Below, in pieces: positions 25,740 through 40,040 of a stretch of DNA of 64,000 nucleotides. The position numbers were made by a program, and so were the translations under genes. Positions within the stretch are counted from its first letter, which is position 1, and the number at the start of each line of letters is the position of its first letter. The DNA comes from Eledone cirrhosa (taxonomy: Eukaryota), in assembly GCA_964016885.1 (NCBI GenBank), contig OZ024741.1, positions 113,460,001 to 113,524,000 of the forward strand, given 5' to 3'. The notes beneath the pieces are model-generated. The model ran no database searches. It was given only the letters and a program-made list of their open reading frames with translations, and was not told the DNA's origin.

Positions 25740-27329
25740 TAACCCTTTCATTACCATATTTCTAATAAATGAAACTGCCTATAAAGTTCAAATCAAATAT
25801 TTGACTACACCTCACTCTGTGGACAGAAGCCAATTAGCTGTGAAACATGAAAAGGTAACCCCTTATGTTTTTTGTGCACAAAGAGAATAACAATGTTTTT
25901 TTCACATTCGTTTAAATTTTTGCACTGAGGCCTATAAACTGTAGATAAATCTACATGTAACTTATCTCAGGTTTTCTAATTTATCATTTAATGTTTGTTT
26001 TCCTTGCTAACATGTTGTTACAGAAGGATCAGTACCCAAGTGGAGCCTCTGACATACAATTCTGCACTCTACTGAGTGCATGTTATCATGGCACCAACAC
26101 AAGGGAAGTTATGTTTTTTGGCATTGCTGAAGAGTCCTTCTGACCCTTTGTTTAGCAGTTTTTTTGGGTTTTTTTATAGACATATGCCTTTCTTATCACA
26201 ATGTACTTTACACAGAGTATTGGAGGAGTTGTTTATTATGTAGTTTGCCAATGCTTAGGAATGTCGACATATCTATGGCACAGCTGAAAAGTCCTCCCAA
26301 CCCTTTGGCAGGTTTTCTATATCACCAACTAATTTACTGTGTGTAATAATTATTACTAACTTAATTACACTGATGAAAGCCCACAATGCTAATTAAATTG
26401 ACAATTTTAGTTAACAATTTGATTACCATATTTCTAATGAAATACACCACCTATGATTTTCAAATAAATTTGAAAACAATAATTTGGAGGTTTTAAGTAA
26501 TAAAACTAATTTATAGAAAGGTTTTGGCATCTGATTTGCATCTGGGTTTAGGCACTGCTTAGGTGAACTGAAGATCATTGTTGTCTTTTGGTTTAGCTTA
26601 TTTGTTTGGTATCTACAGTTCATATATTAGTTCATACCTACTTTTGAAAAGGTTTTCCTTCTTTTTTACCTTTTACTCCCAGTTTCTAATAAAAACACAC
26701 TGTCTATAATTTTGAAATAATTTTGAAAATAATCAAAAAGAGGAAGGATTTAGTAAAATAACTAGCATAAAACTGATTTTTGGAACATAAATTGACAGAG
26801 GCAGTAAGATAAAAATATAATGCAAGGTTTTTACATAAATATAAGCAGTTTGAAATAAACAACTTTATATCTTAGAAGCAACAGATGGATCAGATTTTAG
26901 GTAGTTTGGTATCAAAAGGTTAATTATGTTTACGGTTTCAGGATGATGGTGATAATAGCTATGTAAAAGAACAGCTTGCATTGAGACAGTGATTCTCTTT
27001 AGATGATAGGCTTTAGCTGCCATTTATCAGAATTATATACTGGAAAATAGTTTGGTTAGGTTTATATAGTAGCCTATATTATATTATTTGGGGGATTTGA
27101 CTGAAAAGTCTTTTATTTTCTGTCATTGGAATTATTTATTGCTAGCATGTCAAGCCAAGATATTTTTCTAAGCTGTGCTTTCTATATAATTATCTCAGAA
27201 TATATGGAAATCAAATCAGCATGCAATGCATTTAGGCTGGAGACTTAGGAGTTAAAAATATTTCAGGAAGGACTGGAGTAAATTTAAAGTGGTCATTTAC
27301 CATTTAATACTAAAATTACTTTACGTCAG

Positions 27330-28650
27330 GTCACTCTTGAGTGCTACTGGTAACATATAAACCAGTACAACCTGTTGCATGGTCGAGTCGTCGTCGACTA
27401 AACTGGCAACCCCACCAAGTTTACTTGGTTAGGAGGGTGATTTTGGACACCCTGCAGGACAAAAAACAAAACCTGGCAAAGGGCGGAAGAACTGATAAGA
27501 GTCAACGGCCTTCCAAAAATGTGTAAATATGTATATACACATGTACATATGTATGTGTATGTATATACGTGTGTATATGCCTGGGGTGTCAGGGAGGGGC
27601 ATGTACCTCTGTAGGGGGGCTAGCCATGCCCTTTTCAGGACAGCTCGTCCTGCATTGGGTCCCACCTGACACTCAGCTCTCACATGTGGCCCCAAGAAGC
27701 TGTAGCATGTGACAGCGGCCACTCCCTGGTTGAGGGTAGCCGGATGGGTCTGAAACTCCCCGGTGAGTTAGATAAGGGATGCCTGTTCCTGCATGCGAAG
27801 ACTGGACCCGGTGGAGTGAGTGGAGGAGGACAACATCGTTCCAATAATCACGAAGGCGGCAACAGCAAGCGGTGTGGAGCGCTAGGGCATGGCAAGGCAC
27901 TACAGACATGGTGGCCATCCACTGCAACCAATAGGTCCCTGGTCGTGACGGTCCTCCATACCACCGGATTCTGGCTTCTGGGAGTTGCCAGTCTCATCAT
28001 AGCAAGGGAATTAGCTCGCTACCGGATCGACATAGCCGCCCTCAGTGAGACTAGACTTGCCGAAGAAGGATCTTTAGCAGAACCGAAAGGAGGCTACACC
28101 TTCTTCTGGAAGGGCAATGCAAAGGACAAGGACAGAATCCACGGGGTAGGCCTGGCCAACAGGACTTCACTCTGCAAGCAGCTACCAGACCTCCCAATAC
28201 CTGTGAGTGAGTGGCTGATGATGCTCCGCTTCCCCCTCGACCCATCTCGGCATGTCACAGTCATCAACGCGTACGCCCCCACTCTTACCAGCAGCGATGA
28301 AGCAAAGGACGCTTCTAAGGGGAACTCAATGCACTCGTGAAGGGCGTCCTCCCCAAACGATAAACTCATCCTACTGGGGGACTTCAACGCAAGAGTCAGG
28401 TCTGACAGCAGCAACTGGAGAGGTGTGCTGGGACCTCACGGCACAGGGAAGCTGAACTCTAATGGCCTCATACTGTTAATCTTCTGCACTGAGAACGACC
28501 TCACCATCACTAGCACACTGTTCTGCCAATCAGACAAGTTCAAGACGACATGGATGCACCTCAGATCCAAACAGTGACATCTGATTGACTTGGCCATATG
28601 GCACAGGAGGGACATCCGTGATGTCAGAATCACCAGGGCCATACGTGGTG
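27330..28650 (+). mobile_element. 5' portion of RTE/BovB-clade LINE: 5' UTR and AP endonuclease (decayed)
   Basis: ELARYRIDIAALSETRL, GYTFFWKG, HGVGLA, AYAPT, LILLGDFNARV, TTWMH; GC-rich relative to flanks. Confidence 0.9.
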
Positions 28651-29079
28651 CATCGTTTACGATGGACAACCAAGAAAGACTAAAATTACTGATGGATTCT
28701 CCAGTGATTTTAACAATGGACATTTAGTGGTAAGATCAACTGAATATGCAACTTCCACAACTCCCTGTACCCTTATAATACATCCAACAGGCTTCTTTAT
28801 AGTTTCTGTCTACCTAATTTCCCTCACAAGGCTTGGATTAACCTAAGAAAACTTCTTAATAATTAAGCCAATAGATAGTGGAATGTAAGAAAGGTGTTCT
28901 ATTTTCAGCATTTATTCTTTCTTTTATTCTTTTACTAGTTTCTGCCATTGGAGCTGGGCTAATGCTGGGGCACCATCTTCAAGAATTGTTACTGTTTACT
29001 CACTTCTACTCACAAGGTACTGGAGAGACCAAATCAACTTTCCACTCCCACCAGAATTGTTGACCTTATGCCTAAATCA

Positions 29080-29270
29080 GGGCGGTGGATTGGCAGTATC
29101 GGTAGAGAGTCAGATGCCATACCTTCCAGCATAGTTACGTCCCTTTATGGTCTGAGTTCAAATCCCGCCGAGGTTCACTTTGCCTTTCATCCTTACAGGG
29201 TCGATAAAATAAAGTACCAGTAATGTACTGGGTTATTGCTGGCCTTGTGCCAAAAGTAGAAACAATTATT
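29080..29270 (+). mobile_element. tRNA-derived SINE with Nin/Deu-like domain
   Basis: GGCGGTGGATTGGCAG head, GAGTTCAAATCCC B box, GCCTTTCATCCTT..GGTCGATAAAATAAAGTACCAG. Confidence 0.8.
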
Positions 29271-29687
29271 ATATATTGCTTGAATAGTGAGACTGAACAG
29301 GAAAACTGAGGGTAACATGAAGTAAACATCTTACCGTCACAGTATATGTAAAGAACTTTCTTGAATTTCTCAGTATAGATTTTTATCAGAGGATAATAAT
29401 CTGGTTTTATTTCCATCATCTTTTTCTTCATTTGACTTGCTGATCTCTATTACTTATTTAGAAATTAGATTGCCTGCAACAATGTTCTGTGTTGGATCAA
29501 TTGCCAGATGTTGGTAATTTCATACCAACAATTCATTAATATTTCAATTGCTATTCCGTGACCACTTTGAACATGTACTTCTGTTCCTATTAGAAAATAT
29601 CATAGTTTTCAGAAATATATATAGTAAATCGTGTTTGAAGAAATGTTTTCTATGTATATGTGTATATAAGTTTATATGGATCTATGA

Positions 29688-30354
29688 CGCATATACGAAC
29701 TAAGGAAAAAATTAGAAATAAGAGGGATCAGATGTTGTTTACTCGAGAGAAGGCTACGTTGGTATGGTCACGTGATGCGCATGAAAGACGATAGCTGTAT
29801 AACAAAGTGCAGGGCAATAAAGATAGATGGTAGCCATGGAGTAGGCAGACCCAGGAAAACCTGGGACGAGCTGATGAATTCCGACCTCACACACTTACAC
29901 CTCTCCAAGACAATGTCACTGGACCGAGACCTTTGGCAGTACTCAGTAACAGAGAAGACCCACCTTACCTAAATACAAAGTAAAACCTACTAGTCAGTAG
30001 GCATCTCTAACAAAATACACCCCTGTCCCACCCCATCCACACCGCCCCCTTCAATGCAAAGTTATGTTGGTGCCACAACATCCAGGCTGAAACAAACGAG
30101 ATCGTGTAGGTGTCACGACAAAAAAACACACAGTCCACGCTGTAATGTAGCTGTGTAGGCAACACGGTAAAAATCTCCCAGTCCCACACTGTAAATGTGG
30201 TTGGTGTTTGGAAGGGCATCCAGCTGTAGAAAACACGCCAGACAGTCCTATGCGAGCAAGACAACCACTCTTGCCTCAAGTGGGAAAACCCCTGTCCAAA
30301 CCCATGCAAGCGTGGAACAGGGACGTTAAACGACGATGATGATGATGATGATGA
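29688..30354 (+). mobile_element. Young RTE family 3' end
   Basis: [21 protein letters not shown]; conserved UTR; (GAT)n tail. Confidence 0.9.
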
Positions 30355-30623
30355 CTCATAATGATGTCATAAAAACACTGCTGGGAGGGACATACTGGCA
30401 CTTTAAACCAGGCAGCACATATCCCCTTTCAGGTCTGAACATAATCAGTTTCTTCCAGAGACACAGATAGTGAGACAGAGTGAGAGACTGTCAGAAAAAG
30501 AGAGAGAAAGAATCGACTGCAGTACTGGATGGATATTCTTTTAACAATTCTTGGCAGGACTTGAACTCATTGAGTACAGAAATTCAGCTAATTTGCCACC
30601 TTCTATATATATATATATATGTG

Positions 30624-30799
<176 letters not shown>

Positions 30800-30867
30800 T
30801 ATATATATATATATGTAAGTATGTATGTATACATACATACATATATGTATACAGACGTACAGTAGCA

Positions 30868-30929
<62 letters not shown>

Positions 30930-31138
30930 CAGGTACACATACATATATGTACGTATCAGTTTAGCAGACGTTTATTATAACGCCCGCTTTGTCCGTGTTG
31001 AACAAAAAGGTGACGTGGTTGCCTTAACACCGTACGGCATAAATTCAGGCTGTCAGTTTGTTTACAAACGGACAAAGCGGGCGTTATAATAAACGTCCGC
31101 TAAACTGATACGTACATATATGTATGTGTACCTGTATG

Positions 31139-31263
<125 letters not shown>

Positions 31264-31417
31264 GCATGCTACTGTACGTCTGTATACATATATGTATGTA
31301 CGTATACATACATACTTACATTTAAGTAAGTTCCGTACTAAGAGTGAGAAATGAAATTTCGTTTTCATTTTATTAGAACTTATCGTTTTTGGTGCGCCTG
31401 GCCGACTGAACTCACTC

Positions 31418-31494
31418 GATATGCAAATTAGGCTGCTCAGCCGTTAATTTTCATAAGCAAAGTATATACTTTCGAACGTTCAACCATCTGGCAG
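31418..31494 (+). promoter_or_regulatory. Putative snRNA/H1-type promoter: octamer, PSE-position segment, TATA, +1 GGCAG
   Basis: ATGCAAAT at 31421, TATATA at 31463, TGGCAG at 31489; same spacing recurs at 34180/34137/34111 on - strand. Confidence 0.5.
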
Positions 31495-31502
31495 AAGGGT
31501 AT

Positions 31503-31545
31503 ACGGTGCTGATGATAGCTAAGAAGCTTGAAACTAGTACATCGT
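31503..31545 (+). ncRNA. Minimal type I hammerhead ribozyme
   Basis: ACGGTG-CTGATGA-TAGCT aaga AGCTT-GAAA-CTAG-TA-CATCGT: 6-bp stem I, intact core, palindromic ACTAGT stem III, GUA site. Confidence 0.85.
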
Positions 31546-31862
31546 TCCTGTGTCAGTGTTGAACAAAAAGGTGACGTGGTTGCCTTAACACCGTACGGCA
31601 TAAATTCAGGCTGTCAGTTTGTTTACAAACGGACAAAGCGGGCGTTATAATAAACGTCCGCTAAACTGATACGTACATATATGTATGTGTACCTGTATGT
31701 ATATATATATTAATATATATATATATATGCATGCTACTGTACGTCTGTATACATATATGTATGTACGTATACATACATACTTACATTTAAGTAAGTGCCA
31801 TACTAAGAGTGAGAAATGAAATTTCGTTTTCATTTTATTACAACCTATATATATATATATAT

Positions 31863-33256
<1,394 letters not shown>

Positions 33257-33257
33257 C

Positions 33258-33304
<47 letters not shown>

Positions 33305-33354
33305 TATACAGACACACACACACACATATACAGACACAAACACACACACACACT

Positions 33355-33391
<37 letters not shown>

Positions 33392-33814
33392 GTATGTATA
33401 TATGTATGTATTATTACATTCAAAGTAAAGGATGTCATGATTGATATTAAATCAAACATATGTCTTGTCTCTTAAAAACTGCTCATAGAATAAAATTGAG
33501 CATTCAATCATTATAAAAAAGTGACTGATATATATCTATATACACATAGGTGTATAATAAGATACATCAAACTTAAACTAAAGACAATCTGTACATAATT
33601 CATTGAGTATCATATTTTAAATTTAACTAAAAATTAAAACATAGTTACCTGATAAAGATCAATATATCTCCCTCATATGTATTCACCACAAAATCAGAAT
33701 ACATTTCACCAAATAAAGGTGAAGTTAGATATCTTGATGTATCTTAATATACACTTATGTGTGAATATATATATATTCACTTTTATATATATATATATAG
33801 GCATATGTGTGTGA

Positions 33815-33866
<52 letters not shown>

Positions 33867-34047
33867 ATATATATATATATTTTTTTTTTTCACTCTACAT
33901 GGCTGAATACCATAAATGTAATCTGAGTTTTTCGAATATTAATAATAACATTCGATTCGTTTGCAATTATGCAAACAAGCATCATTTTTATACCCATGTC
34001 AGTAGAATGAACTCTTCATTCTTGCTCTTGTGTTGGCAGGTAAACAG

Positions 34048-34095
34048 AACTGCAGACACTAATGTTTCTGGGTATCCACCTTCATCAGTACAGCT
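34048..34095 (-). ncRNA. Type I hammerhead motif
   Basis: AGCTGTA-CTGATGA-AGGT ggat ACCCA-GAAA-CATTAGTG-TC-TGCAGTT: 7-bp stem I, GUC site, base of stem II imperfect. Confidence 0.75.
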
Positions 34096-34105
34096 CACTG
34101 TTCAC

Positions 34106-34183
34106 CTGCCAACTATCAGAGCTAGTGAAAATATATGCTATTCTCTAAAATATACAGTGCCTGATTGGCCTGATTTGCATATC
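34106..34183 (-). promoter_or_regulatory. Putative snRNA/H1-type promoter of element B
   Basis: GATATGCAAATCAGGC..TCAG, CATATAT 43 nt after the octamer start, TGGCAG 26 nt further. Confidence 0.5.
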
Positions 34184-34519
34184 AGCAGACTGGCCAGTCA
34201 GTTTCCTGGGCGACACCCAGAAACATTAGTGTCTGCAGTTCTGTTTATATGCCAACACAAGAGCAAGAATGAAGAGTTCATTCTACTGACATGGCTATAA
34301 AAATGAGGCTTGTTTGCATAATTGCAAACGAATTGAATGTTATTATTAATATTCAAAAAACTCAGATTACATTTATTGTATTCAGCCATGTAGAGCGAAA
34401 ATTTTCTTTTTTTTATTTGAATGTGGCAAAGACAGCTATTTCTCGTTCATATACAGGAAACTGACTGGCCAGTCTGCTGATGGCAGTAGGATAAAGGATG
34501 ACAAATAAAACAAAACAGG

Positions 34520-35065
34520 GCAACCTTTATACATTATTATATATAATAAATTATGCGAGGTTACATGAAGTCATTTTTAATTTTGAAGTGAAATTTGGGA
34601 TCTTCGAATAAGTAGTTGTAGACTTCTTTTTACTTCAGGATCTTTAATTATGGTTAGCAACGTTGCATTCCTCAATATCTTTCTTAGTAATTTGGTTAGC
34701 TTTTACATTTTATAATTGTGCATTTTTGTAAAAGAATTTTCCTTTTTTTGTACCTTAGTAAAATAGGTAAGTTTAGATATATGTAAGTGTAGATTTGGAT
34801 TAAAAGTTGAAATATATGGTATAACCCTTTTCATATTTTAAATTGTTTTTGTTTCTCAGTGTCCCTGGATGTTAATTTGTCACACTCTTTGAATACTATT
34901 GTTGATTAAATACTGAGGATATTTTCTCTTGAAGAGTCTGTGATCTCTTGTTGCCAGATTTAAGATTCTTGTGTAGATTTGATTAACTAAGGCGAATATT
35001 GGTACAGATGTGTGTTTGGGAGAGAAGATGTAAAATAAAAGGTATTGTCAGGAGTCCATAAGGTT
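34520..35065 (-). pseudogene. Old Penelope-like RT thumb to GIY-YIG start relic
   Basis: Fragmentary hand translation QYL..TSSLP, KYPQYLINNSIQRV, VIPYISTFNPNL, IIKCKS*PN, NLYII..KGC; many lesions. Confidence 0.55.
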
Positions 35066-35100
<35 letters not shown>

Positions 35101-35165
35101 CAAAAAAAGGAAAAGAATGACTTCACTTGTAGTTCTAAACAATTTAATTTAATTTTATAATATTA

Positions 35166-35944
35166 CTAGCAGAATGGCCCGGCGTTGCTTGGGCTTCTAA
35201 ACATAGATTGGCATGTCTATCCCTCCTTTCTGAAACAGTACAGAGAAGTATGGAATACCTCAGCCTGGGGATGGTGACTACATCTTGTGCTTATAAAAAA
35301 AATTCGTCGTAGATTACAAGGGATTTAAATTAATTGGGTGCCTGAGAGTAAAATGTTCAACCCACGAAAGCCAAGATGATAGAGTTAAGTAAAAAGGCAT
35401 TCAACAAACCGAACATGTATTTGTTGTGCTATGGTACAATGCAAGCAATAGTTACAGAGCAGTAAGCATGTGGGACTGCAGTGATGGAGAGCATGAATGA
35501 ATTTAGTTGGATACTTTTAAGGTTACAAAAATCTACCCAAATTTGATATAGACCGAACTGTTATATGGAATGCCAAATGCATCGGAGTTACTATTGGGGA
35601 CACCATCAACAATTTCAAGGGATGTACGTTTAATTAGGGATAATATAGTCTATAAAGAGAGGTAACTCTTTCAAAATATTAAAGAGTTGTCTCGAACATT
35701 GTAGACAAAATTTCCGAACTAACTGACAAAAAGGGCTTAAAGTTTTAGTGAAAAAAACGCCTTTAACAACAGAAAATTGAAAAATAAAAGCTGCAGTTAA
35801 TATATTTAGACCGCAAGGAATATATAAATGCAAGTTTGAAGTCAATCAGAGTAGAAATGTGGATTTGTATAGACTTTGCCAAAATTAGGACACACACAGA
35901 CACACACACACAGACAACTTCAGTTTTATATATATATATATAGA
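35166..35944 (-). mobile_element. Non-autonomous Helitron
   Basis: On - strand: 5' A|TC.., subterminal GC hairpin GCCCAAGCAACGCCGGGC, 3' ..CTAG|T; inserted at AT, no TSD. Confidence 0.8.
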
Positions 35945-36075
35945 TGATTTTACTATTTGGTCTGGTAGATCTAGTAAGTTCTTTGTTAACTTCAGTGGGG
36001 AGATTTTTTAATATTCTTGGTTAACTTTCCTGGAGAACTTTCTTGCATTCATTGTTGGTGATTGTCAAATTGACA

Positions 36076-36107
<32 letters not shown>

Positions 36108-36109
36108 AT

Positions 36110-36203
36110 TATAGAAATGCCTTCTACAGGACTAAAACTGTTTCCTGATGATTCATATGAATCATCAGGAAACAGTTTTAGTCCTGTAGATGTCATTTCT
36201 ATA
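36110..36203. repeat. Perfect 68-bp palindrome (36123-36190) with imperfect extension
   Basis: 34-bp arms, no spacer, centre ATTCAT|ATGAAT. Confidence 0.95.
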
Positions 36204-39200
36204 TGAAATAATGATGCCTATATGCTACTAATGTATTGAGTTCTTTTTTTAACTGTGGTCCCCCGTAATTATATATATATATATATTTGCCTATTTGTCA
36301 CCTGTTAGTTTTATAATATTAGAAGGATGAAATTATTGATATATTTGTAATATAATATTTTTAGAAGACTTGATTGACTTCCAAAATCTAAATTGAAGTG
36401 AAAGGAGGAAGTTATGACAAAGAAAATATGGGTCATTCCATTTCTGAGATATAAGGAGTGGAATATTGAATAGAGTATAGGACTGAGTAGTTCAGACAAA
36501 TGAAAGGAAGTTATTTTAATTATATGCTGCTTTTCACAACAAAATTGTAGCATTGATATTGTTCTAGTTTAGAGCAGCTTTGAGGCAAAAATATTAATAA
36601 CTGTAAATGTAAAAGTTTTAGAAGAAAATTGCCTGAATTGGCATGTAAAGAACGTTTCATATAAAGTTATTGAAAGGATAAAAAGGGTAATTGATGTTGA
36701 AACAGTAAAAGGAAATGCTGGTTTTGAGAATATATCGAAGGAAATAACTGAATTTTGGCGTAAACAAAAGAAGATTTTCATGAATGATATCTTCCGCAAT
36801 GGTTTAAATAAAACTATCTCAACTCCTAGATATAGATAAGGACATCGAGCTGTTATCTAAACAAAAGGAAAGGAATGAAGCAAATCATTAGATTAAACTA
36901 AGAAAACTATGTTTCCATTGTTGATACTATCTACCAGTTGCAACTCCTACCAGGAAACAGGATTTGAAATCAGAAAGCACAGAGTCACAAAAGTCCTGTC
37001 CAATTGATATTGTATTTATCAACCCCAAAAAGATGAAAGGCAATGTTGACCTTGGTGAGATTTAAACTCGGGTTACTATGGTTGGAACAAATACCAATAT
37101 ATTTAATTCAATGCTCTCAAGACTCTGTCACATTTCCACTTTGGAAAAACTACCTTACATCTTAGATAAGGACACTGAGCTGTGTAGCTCTACTTGAGTA
37201 ATGTTAAGCTTCAATTACAAAGAAGCATACCATTTTTTAATGCTTTTTGCTGTTGTTTTGTTTTTCAACACCAGAACATGTTGGGGAAGAAGACTATTCT
37301 AAGAAATTACAACTAACATTACAACCCTGTATATTGAATTGTTCATTGGAAGCTAATTGGAGCCTATACATTGGATGGTGAGATGATGAGGTTCATATGA
37401 ATACAATCCAGAAGTTATAATCAAAGGTAGTGAGATCCTGAAAAATGTTACTATCCAATATGATAGGACATACATCCTGCTACTAGTACCATGTAACCCA
37501 GTACAACCTACTTCATGGTTGAGTAGTTGGCAACCAAACCAGCTCCCCCACCAGACCCTGGTCTGATGAGGAAGGTAAATGGAACCCCCAGCAGCACAAA
37601 AAAACAAAAGCTGTTAAAAGAGCAGAGTCAACAGCCATCCACCCCAACTATGGATTATATAATCCTACCAATCTGCAATTTTCCAAGCATGATGCATACT
37701 GCTAAACATAACCAGAACTAAACAGAAAGTATTGGAGGTCAACCAAGGAGGGGTTCCTCCAACAGGAGTGAGAAAGCACTGGCATGGGAAACACATGGTA
37801 GTAAAAAAATACCATACCTTATTAGAGTAATAGGCACATCAAGAGACAAACTAATTAAAAGATAGTTGTATTACACAATACACAGAGTTGAAAATAAAGT
37901 TTAAAGGATAGCAAACCACCTGAAACATTACAAAATTCTTTGAAAATTATTTGAAAATAATAGTCAGTGTTTTTCATAAAAAATATGGTAACCATATGTC
38001 AAAGATAGGTAACTGCTAAAGCAAAGCATGAGTTTATATTAAATTAAAAGGGTGAGAACAGTACATAAGTTTACATTAAGGTGACAAATTTAGTAAATAT
38101 AACCAATAAATATATTAGAGAGTCGGTTGATAAATTTCAATTAAATTATAAAATATTTGCAAAAACAAAATATTAAAAAACTAAATAATGATAGTAAATG
38201 GAATGAAAGAAGGAACAGCAGACTCTTTACCCCAGTCTGGGTGGTATATGTCAACTCCACTCTGCAGACATTATGGCTAAAGTACTTCCACAGAGAACAG
38301 TCAGTAACAGCTGCTGCAAATATAGCAAGTCATTAGGACAAAATGACTTGTGATATTTTTCCCTAGCTCTCAATCAATTATTCCTCTGCTCTACAATTGT
38401 ATGACATTGTATCAAATTTAAGATATAAGTATTCAAGATAATTTAATAAGTAGTACATTAGTGAAAATCAACAATATTTTATAAACATATCAACAGATAT
38501 TTTACAACCTTTTTTAGTTTTCTGTATTACATGATACCATGCATCATAACTCTTAATTTGATAATGTTGTTAATATCACATTGTTGAAATCACACTGTGT
38601 AGTAATATTCTGCAATTCATAGAAAGGATGTTGCTAATATCATAAAATGTCCATGAACAATAGAAGGAATATGAAGGGATGAGTCATATGACAATGAGTA
38701 GATTACACAAACACAATAGCCTCACAAACTTTATCCCCATAGGACTGTTCTGCAGGCAAGAAGGATTCTAGGATAGAACAGGATCCAGACAGATGGGGAC
38801 TGCAGGGGCTGCTGAATATCCAGTCTGTTAGAGATTACCTCAATCTCCACCTTCAAGACATGTGTGAGGGGCGATATCAGCCTATGCTGGCACTTTGAGG
38901 GCCCTTGTATTTAGTGTTGCAGAGAACCCTCAAGCCCTTCTCACCCAGGTGAGCTGGGTAGGGTTGCCAGTTTAGTCACTAATGGCCTGACCATGACTTG
39001 CGGGTGGGTGGGGAGTATGGATTATATGGTTACTGTAACACCCTTAGTTGATCAGGGTGCCTAGAGTTATAATAAAACTGTTGGTAATGAAACTCTTCAC
39101 AGAAAGTGTTGCTAATATTATAACATTTCTGTGATCTATGACAAAACTGCTGCTAATGAGGATACACATCATATTGTATAACTATTAAGTAGGCAATGCT

Positions 39201-40040
39201 GCTAACATGACATTGTCGATATTACACTGTTTGTAATGAAGCTCTGTAATTTACAGGATGTTGCTAACATCACACCATTTACATGATATTGTACTTTAAT
39301 GACTGCTGCTAATGGTTATGTACATCTAAAAAATATGTTTTACTTGTTTCTGTCATTAGATGGTAGGGATTTAGTTGACCATATTGACTTTAACACTTAT
39401 TTTACTCGGGTACTTATTTCATCATTTGTTTTTGTTGAACTGCTAAGTTATGGGACATGAGCACACACAAATACACTAATGCACTAATATAAGAAAGAGA
39501 CACACACACACTCAGATATGTGTAAAGTGGTTGGTGGTAGGAAGGGTATCCAGCAGTATAATGTAAACAAAGGGTTGGGAGGACCCTTCAGTTATGTCAA
39601 CGGTATGACAACCTCTCCAGTGCTGATGCCATGATAAAATGCACTTAGTAGAACATGGAACCATATGTGAGATGTGAATCCCCAGTATAATTTTAACTCA
39701 GAAAGTAGAGTGACACAACGAAATGCTACAGTGCATTTCATTTGATGCACTAATAATTTTGTTTTCCTTTTGTAAGGTTTGTCTAGCAATTGGGTGCTAA
39801 GTGAAGTGTGTTGATTGACCTCAGATCAGTCCCTGATCTCAGAGGTTCAATATATCACGTAGGATTCTGACAGTGGTAGTGATGGTAGAAATTTGGGCAC
39901 TGCCTATGATGTAAGGGATCAGTCTGATCACTGTTAATTTCTTTCAGAGAAGGAGGGATATTGAGAGAAAGGATGTGAGAAAGCGATACCACCATAATGC
40001 AGCTATAATATTGCCTTTAAAATAATACAAAACAGATTTG

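Larger units (their letters stand above)
33890..34481. mobile_element. Retrozyme-like element B: two back-to-back, circularly permuted partial units
   Basis: 33890-34074 inverted relative to 34214-34400; 34181-34208 inverted relative to 34454-34481; hammerhead on - at 34048-34095. Confidence 0.8.

Noticed and set aside
27350-27412. Full HDV-like ribozyme at the RTE 5' end
   Set aside because: GG-P4-CTAA-P2-like order is present, but only 14 nt lie where P3/L3/P1 need about 20; could not build the double pseudoknot.
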